Below are positions 46,995 to 58,744 of a stretch of 64,000 nucleotides of DNA, one piece after another. Each line of letters begins with the position of its first letter. Within the stretch, counting starts at the first letter, position 1. The DNA is taken from the NCBI GenBank assembly GCA_950097015.1, contig CATNEN010000011.1, positions 5,332,001 through 5,396,000 of the forward strand, given 5' to 3'. The notes under the pieces are model-generated. The model was given only the letters and a program-made list of their open reading frames with translations. It searched no databases and was not told the origin of the DNA. This stretch comes from Macrostomum hystrix. Lineage: Eukaryota > Animalia > Platyhelminthes. The translations under genes were made by a program, and so were the position numbers.

Positions 46995-49900
46995 CGGATC
47001 CAAGGAGTTCAATTGGGGATAAATCAATTGAGGATCCAAGGAGTTCAATTGGGGATAAATCAATTGAGGATCCAAGGAGTTCAATTGGGGATAAATCAAT
47101 TGAGGATCCAAGGAGTTCAATTGGGGATAAATCAATTGGGGATCCAAGGAGTTCAATTGGGGATAAATCAATTGAGGATCCTAGGAGTTCAATTGGGGAT
47201 AAATCAATTGGGGATCCAAGGAGTTCAATTGGGGATAAATCAATTGAGGATCCAAGGAGTTCAATTGGGGATAAATCAATCGGGGATCCAAGGAGTTCAA
47301 TTGGGGATAAATCAATCGGGGATCCAAGGAGTTCAATTGGGGATAAATCAATCGGGGATCCAAGGAGTTCAATTGGGGATAAATCAATCGGGGATCCAAG
47401 GAGTTCAATTGGGGATAAATCAATCGGGGATCCAAGGAGTTCAATTGGGGATAATTCAATCGGGGATCCAAGGAGTTCAATTGGGGATAAATCAATTGAG
47501 GATCCAAGGAATTCAATTGGGGGTTCAAAGTAGTTCAATTGGGGATCCAAGGAGTTCAATTAGGGATCCAAGGAATTCAAATGTGGATAATTAACTTGAG
47601 GATCCTAGGTGTTCAATTGGGGGTCCAAGGAGTTCATTTAGGGATAATTTAATTGGGGATTCTAGGAGTTCAATTGGGATAATTCACTTAAGGATCCTAG
47701 GAGTTCAATTGGGGATAATTCAATTGGGGATCCAAGGAGTTCAATTGGGGATAAATCAATCGGGGATCCAAGGAGTTCAATTGGGGATAAATCAATCGGG
47801 GATCCAAGGAGTTCAATTGGGGATAAATCAATCGGGGATCCAATGAGTTCAATTGGGGATAATTCAATTGGGGATCCAAGGAATTCAATTGGGGATAATT
47901 CAATTGGGGATCCAAGGAGTTCAATTGGGGATAATTCAATTGGGGATCCAAGGAGTTCAATTGGGGATAATTCAATTGGGGATCCAAGGAGTTCAATTGG
48001 GGATAAATCAATTGAGGATCCAAGGAGTTCAATTGGGGATCCAAGGAGTTCAATTGGGGATCCAAGGAATTCAATTGGGGATAATTCAATTGAGGATCCA
48101 AGGAATTCAATTGGGGATTCAAAGTAGTTCAATTGGGGATAATTCAATTGGGGATCCAAGGAGTTCAATTGGGGATAATTCAATTGAGGATCCAAGGAGT
48201 TCAATTGGGGATAATTCAATTGAGGATCCAAGGAGTTCAATTGGGGATAAATCAATTGAGGATCCAAGGTATTCAATTGGGGATCCAAGGAGTTCGATTG
48301 AGGATCCAAGGAGTTCAATTGGGGATAAATCAATTGAGGATCCAAGGTATTCAATTGGGGATCCAAGGAGTTCGATTGAGGATCCAAGGAGTTCAATTGG
48401 GGATCCAAGGAATTCAATTGGGGATAATTCAATTGAGGATCCAAGGAATTCAATTGGGGATTCAAAGTAGTTCAATTGGGGATAATTCAATTGGGGATCC
48501 AAGGAGTTCAATTGGGGATAATTCAATTGAGGATCCAAGGAGTTCAATTGGGGATAATTCAATTGAGGATCCAAGGAATTCAATTGGGGGTTCAAAGTAG
48601 TTCAATTGGGGATCCAAGGAGTTCAATTGGGGATAATTCAATTGGGGATCCAAGGAGTTCAATTGGGGATAATTCAATTGAGGATCCAAGGAATTCAATT
48701 GGGGGTTCAAGGAGTTCGATTGAGGATCCAAGGAATTCAATTGGGGATAAATCAATTGAGGATCCAAGGAGTTCAATTGGGGATCCAAGGAATTCAATTG
48801 GGGATCCAAGGAATTCAATTGGGGATCCAAGGAATTCAATTGCGGGTTCAAAGTAGTTCAATTGGGGATCCAAGGAATTCAATTGGGGATAAATCAATTG
48901 GGGATCCAAGGAATTCAATTGGGGATCCAAGGAATTCAATTGCGGGTTCAAAGTAGTTCAATTGGGGATCCAAGGAATTCAATTGGGGATAAATCAATTG
49001 AGGATCCAAGGAATTCAATTGGGGATCCAAGGAATTCAATTGTGGATCCAAGGAGTTAAATTGGGATCCAAGGAATTCAAATGTGGATAAATCAATTGAG
49101 GATCCAAGGAATTCAATTGGGGATCCAAGGAATTCAATTGGGGATAATTCAATTAGGGGTCCAAGGAGTTCATTTAGGGATAATTCAATTGGGGATTATA
49201 GAAGTTCAATTGGGATAATTCAATTGAGGATCCTAGGAGTTCAATTGGGGATAATTCAATTGGGGATCCAAGGAGTTCAATTGGGGATAATTCAATTGGG
49301 GGTCCAAGGAGTTCATTTAGGGATAATTCAATTGGGGATTATAGAAGTTCAATTGGGATAATTCAATTGAGGATCCTAGGAGTTCAACTGGGGATAGTTC
49401 AATTGGGTATCCTAGGAGTTCAATTAGGGATAATTCAATTGGGGATTCTAGAAGTTCAATTGGGATAATTCAATTGGGGATCCAAGGAGTTCAATTGGGG
49501 ATAATTCAATTGGGGATCCAAGGAGTTCAATTGGGGATAATTCAATTGGGGATCCAAGGAGTTCAATTGGGGATAATTCAATTGGGGATCCAAGGAGTTC
49601 AATTGGGGATAATTCAATTAGGGGTCCAAGGAGTTCATTTAGGGATAATTCAATTGGGGATTATAGAAGTTCAATTGGGATAATTCAATTGAGGATCCTA
49701 GGAGTTCAACTGGGGATAGTTCAATTGGGTATCCTAGGAGTTCAATTAGGGATAATTCAATTGGGGATTCTAGAAGTTCAATTGGGATAATTCACTTGAG
49801 GATCCTAGGAGTTCAACTGGGGATAGTTCAATTGGGGATCCAAGGAGTTCAATTGGGGATCCAAGGAGTTCAATTGGGGATAATTCAATTGGGGATCCAA

Positions 49901-50230
49901 GGAGTTCAATTGGGGATCCAAGGTATTCAATTGGGGATAATTCACTTGAGGATCCTAGGAGTTCAATTGGGGATAATTCAATTGGGGATCCAAGGAGTTC
50001 AATTGGGGATAATTCAATTGGGGATCCAAGGAGTTCAATTGGGGATAATTCAATTGGGGATCCAAGGAGTTCAATTGGGGATCCAATGAGTTCAATTGGG
50101 GATAATTCAATTGGGGATCCAAGGAGTTCAATTGGGGATAATTCAATTGGGGATCCAAGGAGTTCAATTGGGGATAATTCAATTGGGGATCCAAGGAGTT
50201 CAATTGGGGATCCAAGGAGTTCAATTGAGG
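46995..50230. repeat. 36-bp composite satellite (TTCAATTGGGGATAA + TTCAATTGGGGATCCAAGGAG), about 3.2 kb
   Basis: 15-bp and 21-bp subunits in varying order; ORFs with 12-aa period are artefacts. Confidence 0.98.
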
Positions 50231-50652
50231 GTCAAAAAATTGCAGTAATTTTCTGTAATAACCTCAGTGATTCACGCACTTAATTTTTTATCGTATTATT
50301 TGCTCTTCCAAAGACCATCTCAGCTAGTAGGGCAGTTGACTCCGGGGCGACCAGTTAGACATTTATCTACTCAAGTTTATTACTCGTAGCAATGAAATTG
50401 TAATTTTCACATTTTATCATCCTTTGAATCTATGCATGGTAGTACTCGTAAATTATAAACTCACCATTGTCAAGGTATTTATTTGAGTCCCAAATATTTC
50501 TGAAAGCTAATGTTCTCAATAAATTTTTTGGTTCACAAAATATGAGCGTGCTTGAATTTTTCCTGCTATTTACAAACAGCTTTACTATTAGTAGTATCTT
50601 TAAAATGTTAACAATAAACGTTTTACAATTTTCAGAGTCTTGGAGGCAAGAA

Positions 50653-52554
50653 ATGTCCAACGGAATGTTCAATGGGACACTTGAATGGCAATGCCAGTTC
50701 TGCACTTTTATCAATTCGAGTGCGAATGCCTTGCACCTGGCTTCCAATAGTCGCATTGCGTGCGAAATGTGCGGAAAGACGTCCTTGGGCACGGAGGTGA
50801 AGTGGCAGCAGCCATTCCAAGCGGTAGGCCAGCTTCAACCACCGGATCTGGAGCCGACTGAGTCCAGTCAGCTAGAAGCTCGCAGATTCAAGCTAATTGC
50901 CGATCGAGAACGGCACCACATGCTTGAGCTGGCCGGTTTGCAAACATCTCCAGCGGTTCAAGGAGCAGCTGCAGCTGCAGCTTCAAGGAGCATACTTGGC
51001 GGGGACAAACCGTTTGCCCGATTTTCTTTGACTCGACAGAGCGACAGAGGCTATGCGACAGAGCGACAGAGATACCGAGAAAATAGCGTAGACTTGACCA
51101 GTTTTGCTTGCCCTGCTGAAGCCGTGCGGTACGATGGTTCGCCAGTAGATGTCACGATAGCCCCGACGGCGAAGGGAGTCTGGCGAAGAAATGTGAAAGT
51201 GCATTCACGACGAAAATCCAATCAACAATCTGCCGCTGCTACAGTGGCTTCCGCCACTGCGGAGTGTCCGGTGTGTCTTGAGAAGAAGCCGCCTCTGAAG
51301 GTGCCATTGTGCGGCTGTTCTGTGTGCAGCGAGTGCTTGTGCCAGCACATCGAGGTGCGGCTTCACAATGACAGCTCGGTGTCCGGACTGACCTGTCCAG
51401 TGTGCGTCAAGCTGGATGATCAGGCTCTGACGGACATCTTTTGCGAGTACTTTCCGCAGCTGCGGAGTTTACTGGTCGGTCGATTAAAGCCGCCTATAAT
51501 GGAGCAGCTGGACGAGCGGCTTCGCGACTGGCGGCTGAAGCTGACAAACAACTTCTGCTGGTGCAGCGGCTGCTCGAACGGGTTCGAGGTGTCGGAACAC
51601 TACGACAGGCAGGTGCGCTGCCCGCACTGCGGCAAGGAGACGTGCAGGAAGTGCGGCCAGGCCTGGCACGAGAAGCACCGTGGCGTGAGCTGCCAGCAGT
51701 TCGGGTCGTGGCTGCAGCGGACTGACTTGGCACAGCGCGGTCTGACGCAGTTCCTTGAGAGCCGAGGCAGCAAGTGCCCGAAGTGCGGCTTCCAGTTCGA
51801 GCTGTCTCGTGGCGGCTGTCTTCACCTGAAGTGCTTGGAGTGCAGCGCGGAGTTCTGCAGCGACTGCGGCGGCCTGTTTGTTCGCACCGAGAGCAAGGGC
51901 CTGCACTGCCAGCATGGCTCAGAGTGCATCGAGAAGTTCAGAGACTGGCCGATCAAGCAGCTGCGGCAGGCGGCGTCAGAGCGGGGCGTTCAGCTGACGA
52001 TGTCCGGCGCAGCTGGGAGCTCCGGCGGTCGGTGCCGCCTCCAGGAGCAGAAGGAGACGAGCAGCGGTCTGGCGGACGCGGAGTGCGGCAGGCCGGCGGT
52101 CGAGGCCGGGCTGTGCGAGGCGCACCTCAAGGAGGCCCTCGTCAGCGCCATGCGGCGACTTCAAGAAAGCAAATCGAAGTCGACCACTTTGCAACCGCCT
52201 CCACCTCCGCATCCAGATCCAAGATCCATTCTGAGACGGCCCAAGCAGCTGGACCTTTCAGCGCTCAGTAATAAACTGTCTGAGTCGCCTAGTCGCGAAC
52301 TATTTCGAAGCCGATACGCCCGGGAGGTGTCTGGTGCAGCGTCTGGAGCTAGCGACGAGCTGACTTGCCCGCACTGCACCTCCGTGACTCCGTCAGCTCC
52401 TCGCGTGTCTGGCGGTAGCCGCCTGCTGTGCAATGTCTGCGGCAAGACCACGCCCAACCAGTGCCGCAGTGGCGGCGCCAACATTGACGCTGACCTGGCT
52501 GCCTTAAACAGCTACCTTGTGGGTGAGGACGAGGGCATCCAGATCTTTAATTAA
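50653..52554 (+). CDS. HOIP-like copy 3: NZF-RING1-IBR-RING2-LDD-NZF-like finger
   Basis: ATG at 50653 after the acceptor TTTTCAG at 50635. Contains WQCQFCTFIN...CEMCGK, CPVC RING1, FCWCSGC, LSRGGCLHLKC and a C-terminal CPHC...CNVCGKT finger. Confidence 0.9.
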   Translation: MSNGMFNGTLEWQCQFCTFINSSANALHLASNSRIACEMCGKTSLGTEVKWQQPFQAVGQLQPPDLEPTESSQLEARRFKLIADRERHHMLELAGLQTSPAVQGAAAAAASRSILGGDKPFARFSLTRQSDRGYATERQRYRENSVDLTSFACPAEAVRYDGSPVDVTIAPTAKGVWRRNVKVHSRRKSNQQSAAATVASATAECPVCLEKKPPLKVPLCGCSVCSECLCQHIEVRLHNDSSVSGLTCPVCVKLDDQALTDIFCEYFPQLRSLLVGRLKPPIMEQLDERLRDWRLKLTNNFCWCSGCSNGFEVSEHYDRQVRCPHCGKETCRKCGQAWHEKHRGVSCQQFGSWLQRTDLAQRGLTQFLESRGSKCPKCGFQFELSRGGCLHLKCLECSAEFCSDCGGLFVRTESKGLHCQHGSECIEKFRDWPIKQLRQAASERGVQLTMSGAAGSSGGRCRLQEQKETSSGLADAECGRPAVEAGLCEAHLKEALVSAMRRLQESKSKSTTLQPPPPPHPDPRSILRRPKQLDLSALSNKLSESPSRELFRSRYAREVSGAASGASDELTCPHCTSVTPSAPRVSGGSRLLCNVCGKTTPNQCRSGGANIDADLAALNSYLVGEDEGIQIFN

Positions 52555-52719
52555 TTTCTGCGCGCTTTTTCTTATTTAAAATCTGTAAATTTTCTCTGTA
52601 CGACTGATTTGGAAATTTCCTGACTCGTTGAGTAAATTTTCCACTAAGCATTCAAACTCCTCATCCTCTTTCATCTTCATTTGTTGAAAATATTTTCTGT
52701 CTCTTTTTTTGTAACTTCA

Positions 52720-52776
52720 GCGTACATTAGCTGCGTACATTAGCTGCGTACATTAGCTGCGTACATTAGCTGCGTA
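52720..52776. repeat. 13-bp tandem repeat (CGTACATTAGCTG), about 4.5 copies
   Basis: Direct inspection. Confidence 0.9.
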
Positions 52777-53394
52777 AATTAATTCAGAACAATTTATTGT
52801 TCTTGTTTGGCCCCAAGAAAAGTATATTCGGTCCTTACAATTGATCTGTTTGAACTAATCATTTCTTATTATATGTTTTCTGAATCATGCACATATGAAT
52901 GTAGTTATATTTTGTTCCACTGTGTCCCGTCTTGTATTTTGTGTGGCAATTTTTCGCTTTTATTTCAGTAACTAGTTTTACTATTACTATTACTATTACT
53001 TTACTACCAGTTTTACTACTGGTTGCTATAATAATTCCCTGATTAGGACATCTTATTAAGTATCCATTGAGCTGGCTGTGCTTTATCGCTCGTATTTTGT
53101 CCAGAATAAATCGCCATTAGATTATATCGCATTATCCAGAATTGGTTCAACGATCATAGCCATTGTTGATACGAGTGCAATCCCGTATGTTTTGTCTTTA
53201 ACATTAAGCTACATTCCCGTGAGCTATTTAAAAATAAAGAATTTGTTCAATTTGTTAAACAGAAGTGGAGAGTATTTAATTTATCGAATGTATTTTCGTC
53301 CTTTTATGTTTCACCCAGGGCCTTATAAAAAATAAGAATAATTGCAGGAGGGCTGTGGGCAATGGCACATCGTTTGGTGGCACTAGACCCGCAG

Positions 53395-53497
53395 CCCGAG
53401 GAGGAAATTCTGCCCATTTCGCAGACTCCTGAGCACACGCGCACACAAATACCGATTTCTCATCGTCAGGCAGGGTACACACTCATTGTGCCTTGGA
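53395..53497 (-). mobile_element. SINE family A, 3-prime half
   Basis: Minus strand TCCAAGGCACAATGAGTGTGTACCCTGCCTGACGATGAGAAA...GCTCAGGAGTCTGCGAAATGGGCAGAATTT. Confidence 0.7.
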
Positions 53498-53602
53498 TTA
53501 CAAATTAGAAAACAAAAATTCTAGACTCTAAAAATTAGTATTTATATTTTAGTCATAATATTACACTATCTACGCACTTCAGATTCTCCAGAGCCATAAG
53601 GC

Positions 53603-55667
53603 ATGGCTGGTGTATCCGTGTTCGGGTCAGCTGATCTCGACCAATGGCTTTGCAGTCGGTGCACAGCGTTGAAGCCGACGCCACCGTCCGTCATGAATAA
53701 TTCTGGCCCAGTTTTAGTCATCTGCGATCAATGCAATTTCATCACTGAGCTGTTGTTTCCTGCTGCTGCTGATACTCCGCCGCAGCTACCGGCGCCAATA
53801 AAACAGGAGGTGGCCGAACTGATGCAGCGTCTGTCTATTCAAGACTGGGTCGCCGAACGTTTTTAGTCCTGAAAATTATCGAAAGTTCTGCGGCTTCCCA
53901 GTAGCTGACCTTGTGTTGGCTATTGAATCGTGCGGTGGACTCGCCTACGATGACGATGTACTCATGCGTCGGCTGAATGGGCATTGCAGCCACTGCCGAG
54001 AAAGGGTGCCGCGCGACCGACTGGTTGCTATGGTAACGTGCGAGTGCGAGCTGTGCTCAACATGCTTTATTCAGTTTCTTGCATCGGAGGACAAGGACAC
54101 CGGCGGCCGCATGCGCAAATGTCCGACCTGCCGCGTAGCCTGGGCGACAGAATCTGAAATTCTTCGCCAGCTATTGCTGGCCGCTGCCCCAATGATTGGT
54201 GCTGAGGCTGCTTATCAGGCTCTTGCGGAGGTTGATAAAGACAAGCCTGTTGATCAAAAGTTCAGGCGACTGCGTCTCGATTTTAACAGCCGAGGAAACA
54301 ATTCAATCAATCTCTCCCAGAATCAGCAGCGTCCGCTGCATCCGTTGCTAAGTGTATTGAGTGGCAATACAGACAGCGAAATTCAAGATCTAGTTTTTCA
54401 TCAGTGTAATGCCGAAGAAAGTGCTCTGTACGGCGAGTACAACCTTAAGACTATGACTCAGGCAACCAATTTTCGCAGCCTCCGCGCTCAGGCCGAGTTT
54501 CGCGACTGCAACCCGCTGGACCTGGCTGAGGCGGTTCGCAGCTGTGGCGATCAGCCAGACTTTGTGGACTTTGTTAGCGCCCACCTGAACAACCAGTGCC
54601 CAATCTGCTTCGATAACTTTCCCAGACACAAGATGCTCCAGATGGCCTCCTGCCAGTGCAAGCTCTGCTTCCTCTGCTTCCGCAATTTTGTCACCACCAG
54701 TCTGGACAACAATGACCACGTGTCGCATCTGCAGTGTCCGATCTGCAACACACCGGACTGTAAGGATGTCGGACAGTTGGAGACTCACTTCCAGTTGCTG
54801 ATGCTCCAAGTGACCACCTTGAATGATGCCGAGATCCGCTTCGATGCAGAGAAGGTCAGCGTCCTCGATCAGAGGCTTCGGGACTGGAACTTGACCCGGG
54901 ATCCGAGCTTTCGCTGGTGCAGCCACTGTCCAAACGGAGTCCAGCTGCCTGCTCAGCTTCGAGGTCGCAAGTTCAGGTGCGACCAGTGCTTGAAGCACAC
55001 GTGCAAAGACTTCAGGAAGCAATGGCAAGAGCAGCACGAGGGCATCGGGTGCGAGCAGTTCCAGCAGTGGCTGGTTGCGAATGACGCCGACTTTCAGGAG
55101 AGAGGCGTGGCTGCATTTCTGCAGAGCAGCGGCATCGAGTGTCCGAAGTGCAAGTTCAAGTACGCGCTGGCCAAGGGTGGCTGCATGCACTTTACCTGCA
55201 GGCAGTGCCGGGCTGAGTTCTGCTCAGGCTGTGGCGGCTTCTTCATCCGAGTGAACGGACGCGGGCTGATGTGCGAGCATCCGAGAGACTGTCTGTACTA
55301 CCTCAGAGACTTTGACGTCCGGAGCTTGCAGAAACTGCTGAGCGACCACGGCGTTCGGCACGAGACGTTGGCTGAGCAGGCCGCTGACGGTGGCGTCTGC
55401 GGAGTGATGGAGCAGAAGGAGACTGTGAGTGGCAGTCTGGTGGATGAAGCCTGTGGCACAGCAGTTAAGGGGCAATCTAGCTTGTGCACAAAGCACTACA
55501 CAGAGTACCTGGTGTCTCTGATCAACAGACACCGCCTGGACCCAGTAGAAGTGATGGACGCTGTCCTGCTGAGGGGTCTGTGTGCCAAATACGGAATTCA
55601 GTTCGATACGGAAGCGTCTGAGAATGAGGAGTTCATGCGGACGCTAGTCATGGAGAAAGAACCCTAA
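53603..55667 (+). CDS. HOIP-like copy 4: NZF-RING1-linker-RING1-IBR-RING2-LDD, split by a 1-nt frameshift at 53860-53866 (may be a pseudogene)
   Basis: The 87-aa ORF ends CGT TTT TAG and the +1 frame continues SPENYRKFCGFPVADLVLAIESCGG into the 584-aa ORF. RING2 LAKGGCMHFTC and LDD HPRDCLYYLRD are intact. Confidence 0.8.
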
Positions 55668-56542
55668 AAGCGATAAAAGTTACAGACTGGCATGCTGAGT
55701 GTAAAGGTCTTGTTGGTTCTTCACAATATTAAAGAATGCTTTTTGAACTTCCAGTGCTATTTTTACAAGCCACCATAAGTAAACTAGATTAATTTCTACT
55801 CAAGTCATTTCTTCTCTTTTAGAGTTGCGATTTTACAACTTAAAAATGAATAACCCTGAGTACAAATTTTCGTGTAAAATTCGTTTTCTTGCCCTTTTAA
55901 GTCTTTAATTTATGATTTTGAAGATTTTAGTCACAATCATACTATTGTTATGCTTTTCCAACTGTACTTGTAAAGGTCACTGGAAAGTATTCAAGCGTTA
56001 GTGTTGTTTTTGCAACACTAATTATAGAATGCCAGGCTATTCTATAGCCACATGCCAATGCAGATTTGTCATTTTTTGGACTTTCTATATATTTTTATTC
56101 AAGCTGTCTTTTTATTTTATGCTTCTCAGTGTATAATTATGTACTAGCAGCTATTCTATGATATTTTGTGTTGGATTTTGTAAAAAGACCCTCCAGTATT
56201 TGTGATTATATTATTTTTTTTACAGTTTTTTGTAGAGATATATTTTCAAGGAAAAATTATATTGTACTTGAAATTTGTCTTTCTTTTTTCTTTGTTTGTA
56301 GTGAACGAATTTTTAAAGATAGTTCCCTACTCATAATTGAGTCCCATTTAAGTTTATGTTTAATTCCTTGCTGCTTTAGCGGTGTAATACGTAAACTAAC
56401 CAGCGCATTGTAAGGCAACTCTCAGGCGAAGCTTGTTAGAAATAAGTCTAGTTACCTCTTACCTAGGTGACTTCTGATTATCTAAACAATGGCCAACACA
56501 TCTTGCTGGTTGCAGAGCCTCAACTGATCAGCTTCGCAGTTG

Positions 56543-58744
56543 ATGGCCGCTTTTGAGCCGAATCGCCAACAGGAGAGAGAGCCACAGAAGAGGCTGCCGA
56601 GATGCAGCATCTGCCACAGACGAGGCGCCTGCCTGGAGGCTGGCTGCAGCTTCGGTCTGATGTGCGAGTGCTGTCATTCCGACTGGCACAGTATCTGCCA
56701 GCACCGAGTGGAGCGGCTGCCGCTTCCTCAGGCAATGCCTCGCTACGACCAGTGGCTGACTGAGAGGCTGACGGAGGTGAAACAGTTGAGCGACTTCAGG
56801 CAGTTCTCAGACTCTGATCTCATTGACTCCATTCAGTCATGCTGTGGACAGGCGTTTGATGCAATGGTACTTCTGAGTCACCTGAGGAGCCGGTGTGGCA
56901 AGTGCTCCAGTCCGATGCCTAAGCACAAACTGGTTGGCATGGCAACGTGTGAGTGCGAGCTTTGCTCTGCGTGCTACCGCGGCTTTCTGTCTGGTCTGCC
57001 GGACCAACTTAGATGTCCAGCCTGTGGAGTGGCATTCTCTGCTGACCCAGTCGCTGCGAACCTGACGCAGATTCTTGTCCGCGAAATGGAGTGCGAAATA
57101 GGCAAAGATGATACCTTAAGGTTGCTGAAAATGCTTGAGGACTGGGGAGAAGGAGCAGGAGAGCAGGATAGAATGCTAAGAGAGCAACAGGAGACTCAAC
57201 AGAGAGAGCAACAGGAGACTCTACAGAGAGAGCAACAGGAGACTCAACAGAGAGAGAAGCCCTTTTCATATGAAGAGCAGCAACGATTTCTAAACAAACT
57301 GCAGCATTTTAAAAAGAAAGACATTGCAGGTGGTGAAATTCAGCAGGTGAGACAGCAGACAGAGCAACAGGAGAGACAGCACAGAGAGCAACAGGAGAGA
57401 CTGCAGAGAGAGCAACAGGAGAGACTACAGAGAGAGCAACAGGAGAGACTGCAGAGAGAGCAGCAGGAGAGACTACAGAGAGAGCAACAGGAGACTCTAC
57501 AGAGAGAGCAACAGGAGACTCAACAGAGAGAGCAACAGGAGAGACTGCAGAAAGAGCAACATGAGAGACTTCAGAAGAAGCAACAGGAGAGACTGCAGAA
57601 AGAGCAACTGGAGAGACTGCAGAAAGAGCAACAGGAGAGACTGCAGAAAGAGCAACAGGAGAGACTGCAGAAAGAGCAACTGGAGAGACTGCAGAAAGAG
57701 CAACAGGAGAGACTGCAGAAAGAGCATCAGGAGAGACTGCAGAAAGAGCAACAGGAAAGACTGCAGAAAGAGCAACTGGAGAGACTGCAGAAAGAGCATC
57801 AGGAGAGACTGCAGAAAGAGCAACAGGAAAGACTGCAGAAAGAGCAACTGGAGAGACTGCAGAAAGACCAACAGGAGAGACTGCAGAAAGAGCATCAGGA
57901 GAGACTGCAGAAAGAGCAACAGGAGAGACTACAGAGAGAGCAACAGGAGAGACTGCAGAAAGAGCAACAGGAGAGACTGCAGAAAGAGAAACAGGAGAGA
58001 CTGCAGAGAGAGCAACAGGAGAGACTGCAGAAAGAGCAACAGGAGAGACTGCAGACTGCGCAGACTCACCAGTGTGCCGCTAGTTATAGTAAACCTGGCC
58101 CAATTAAAACTCTCGGAAAGCTGCAAAGTCAGATGATGGAGTTGCTGCAATCTGAGCTGAGGTGTCCCAGGTGCAGTCGCTGCTTCGAGAGAGTCTCCAA
58201 ATCTGGTATTTCTACATTTCGCTGCTCCTGCAAGCATGAATTTTGTCCGTTTTGTTTGTCACCCTTCATCGGCTCTCACGATGGCTGCAGAATTCGTGGA
58301 TTTCATGTGCACCACCAGAGACAGTGCTTCTTCTCACTGAAGCAAGTGAAGCAGTCCACATTGATCGGCTTGCTTAGTTCTAAGAAAGTAGCCATCAATT
58401 CTGACTGCTCGTCAACAAAGAAGCAATGTCAGATTCTTGATCTCAAGCAGGAGAAAAATCAGTTGGTCGTGTTGCCATGTAACGAGAAAGTAACGCACAA
58501 TCAGCCAGGTGTATGCGACAGACACTACTGTGAGTACCTGATTCAGCTCATCAATGCGCACAGACTTGACCTGGTAGATGTTGCCAAAGAGAATGAGCTG
58601 CTGGAGATGTTCGAGAGATTCAGTTTGAGTGTTCCAGTTCCAGTAGTTTCAATGTCAAGTCCTACAGCTGCAAATAAGCAGCAAAAGTTGGCTATCTATC
58701 GAGAGCAGTTTAAGAAATTGGTGCCTCCATTCAGACCATGGTAA
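56543..58744 (+). CDS. HOIP-like copy 5: B-box-like, RING1, 8-aa repeat replacing IBR, RING2 lacking the catalytic Cys, LDD
   Basis: RING1 CGKC...MATCECELCSAC...CPAC; 28 EQQERLQ(K/R) repeats; CPRCSRCFERVSKSGISTFRCSC; LDD CDRHYCEYLIQLINAHRLD. Confidence 0.88.
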   Translation: MAAFEPNRQQEREPQKRLPRCSICHRRGACLEAGCSFGLMCECCHSDWHSICQHRVERLPLPQAMPRYDQWLTERLTEVKQLSDFRQFSDSDLIDSIQSCCGQAFDAMVLLSHLRSRCGKCSSPMPKHKLVGMATCECELCSACYRGFLSGLPDQLRCPACGVAFSADPVAANLTQILVREMECEIGKDDTLRLLKMLEDWGEGAGEQDRMLREQQETQQREQQETLQREQQETQQREKPFSYEEQQRFLNKLQHFKKKDIAGGEIQQVRQQTEQQERQHREQQERLQREQQERLQREQQERLQREQQERLQREQQETLQREQQETQQREQQERLQKEQHERLQKKQQERLQKEQLERLQKEQQERLQKEQQERLQKEQLERLQKEQQERLQKEHQERLQKEQQERLQKEQLERLQKEHQERLQKEQQERLQKEQLERLQKDQQERLQKEHQERLQKEQQERLQREQQERLQKEQQERLQKEKQERLQREQQERLQKEQQERLQTAQTHQCAASYSKPGPIKTLGKLQSQMMELLQSELRCPRCSRCFERVSKSGISTFRCSCKHEFCPFCLSPFIGSHDGCRIRGFHVHHQRQCFFSLKQVKQSTLIGLLSSKKVAINSDCSSTKKQCQILDLKQEKNQLVVLPCNEKVTHNQPGVCDRHYCEYLIQLINAHRLDLVDVAKENELLEMFERFSLSVPVPVVSMSSPTAANKQQKLAIYREQFKKLVPPFRPW

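Noticed and set aside
50467-50652. N-terminal extensions in the ORF track for copies 3, 5 and 6 and for the NHL gene
   Set aside because: They start at TTG/GTG codons, mostly in AT-rich sequence upstream of splice acceptors; the downstream ATGs were used instead.
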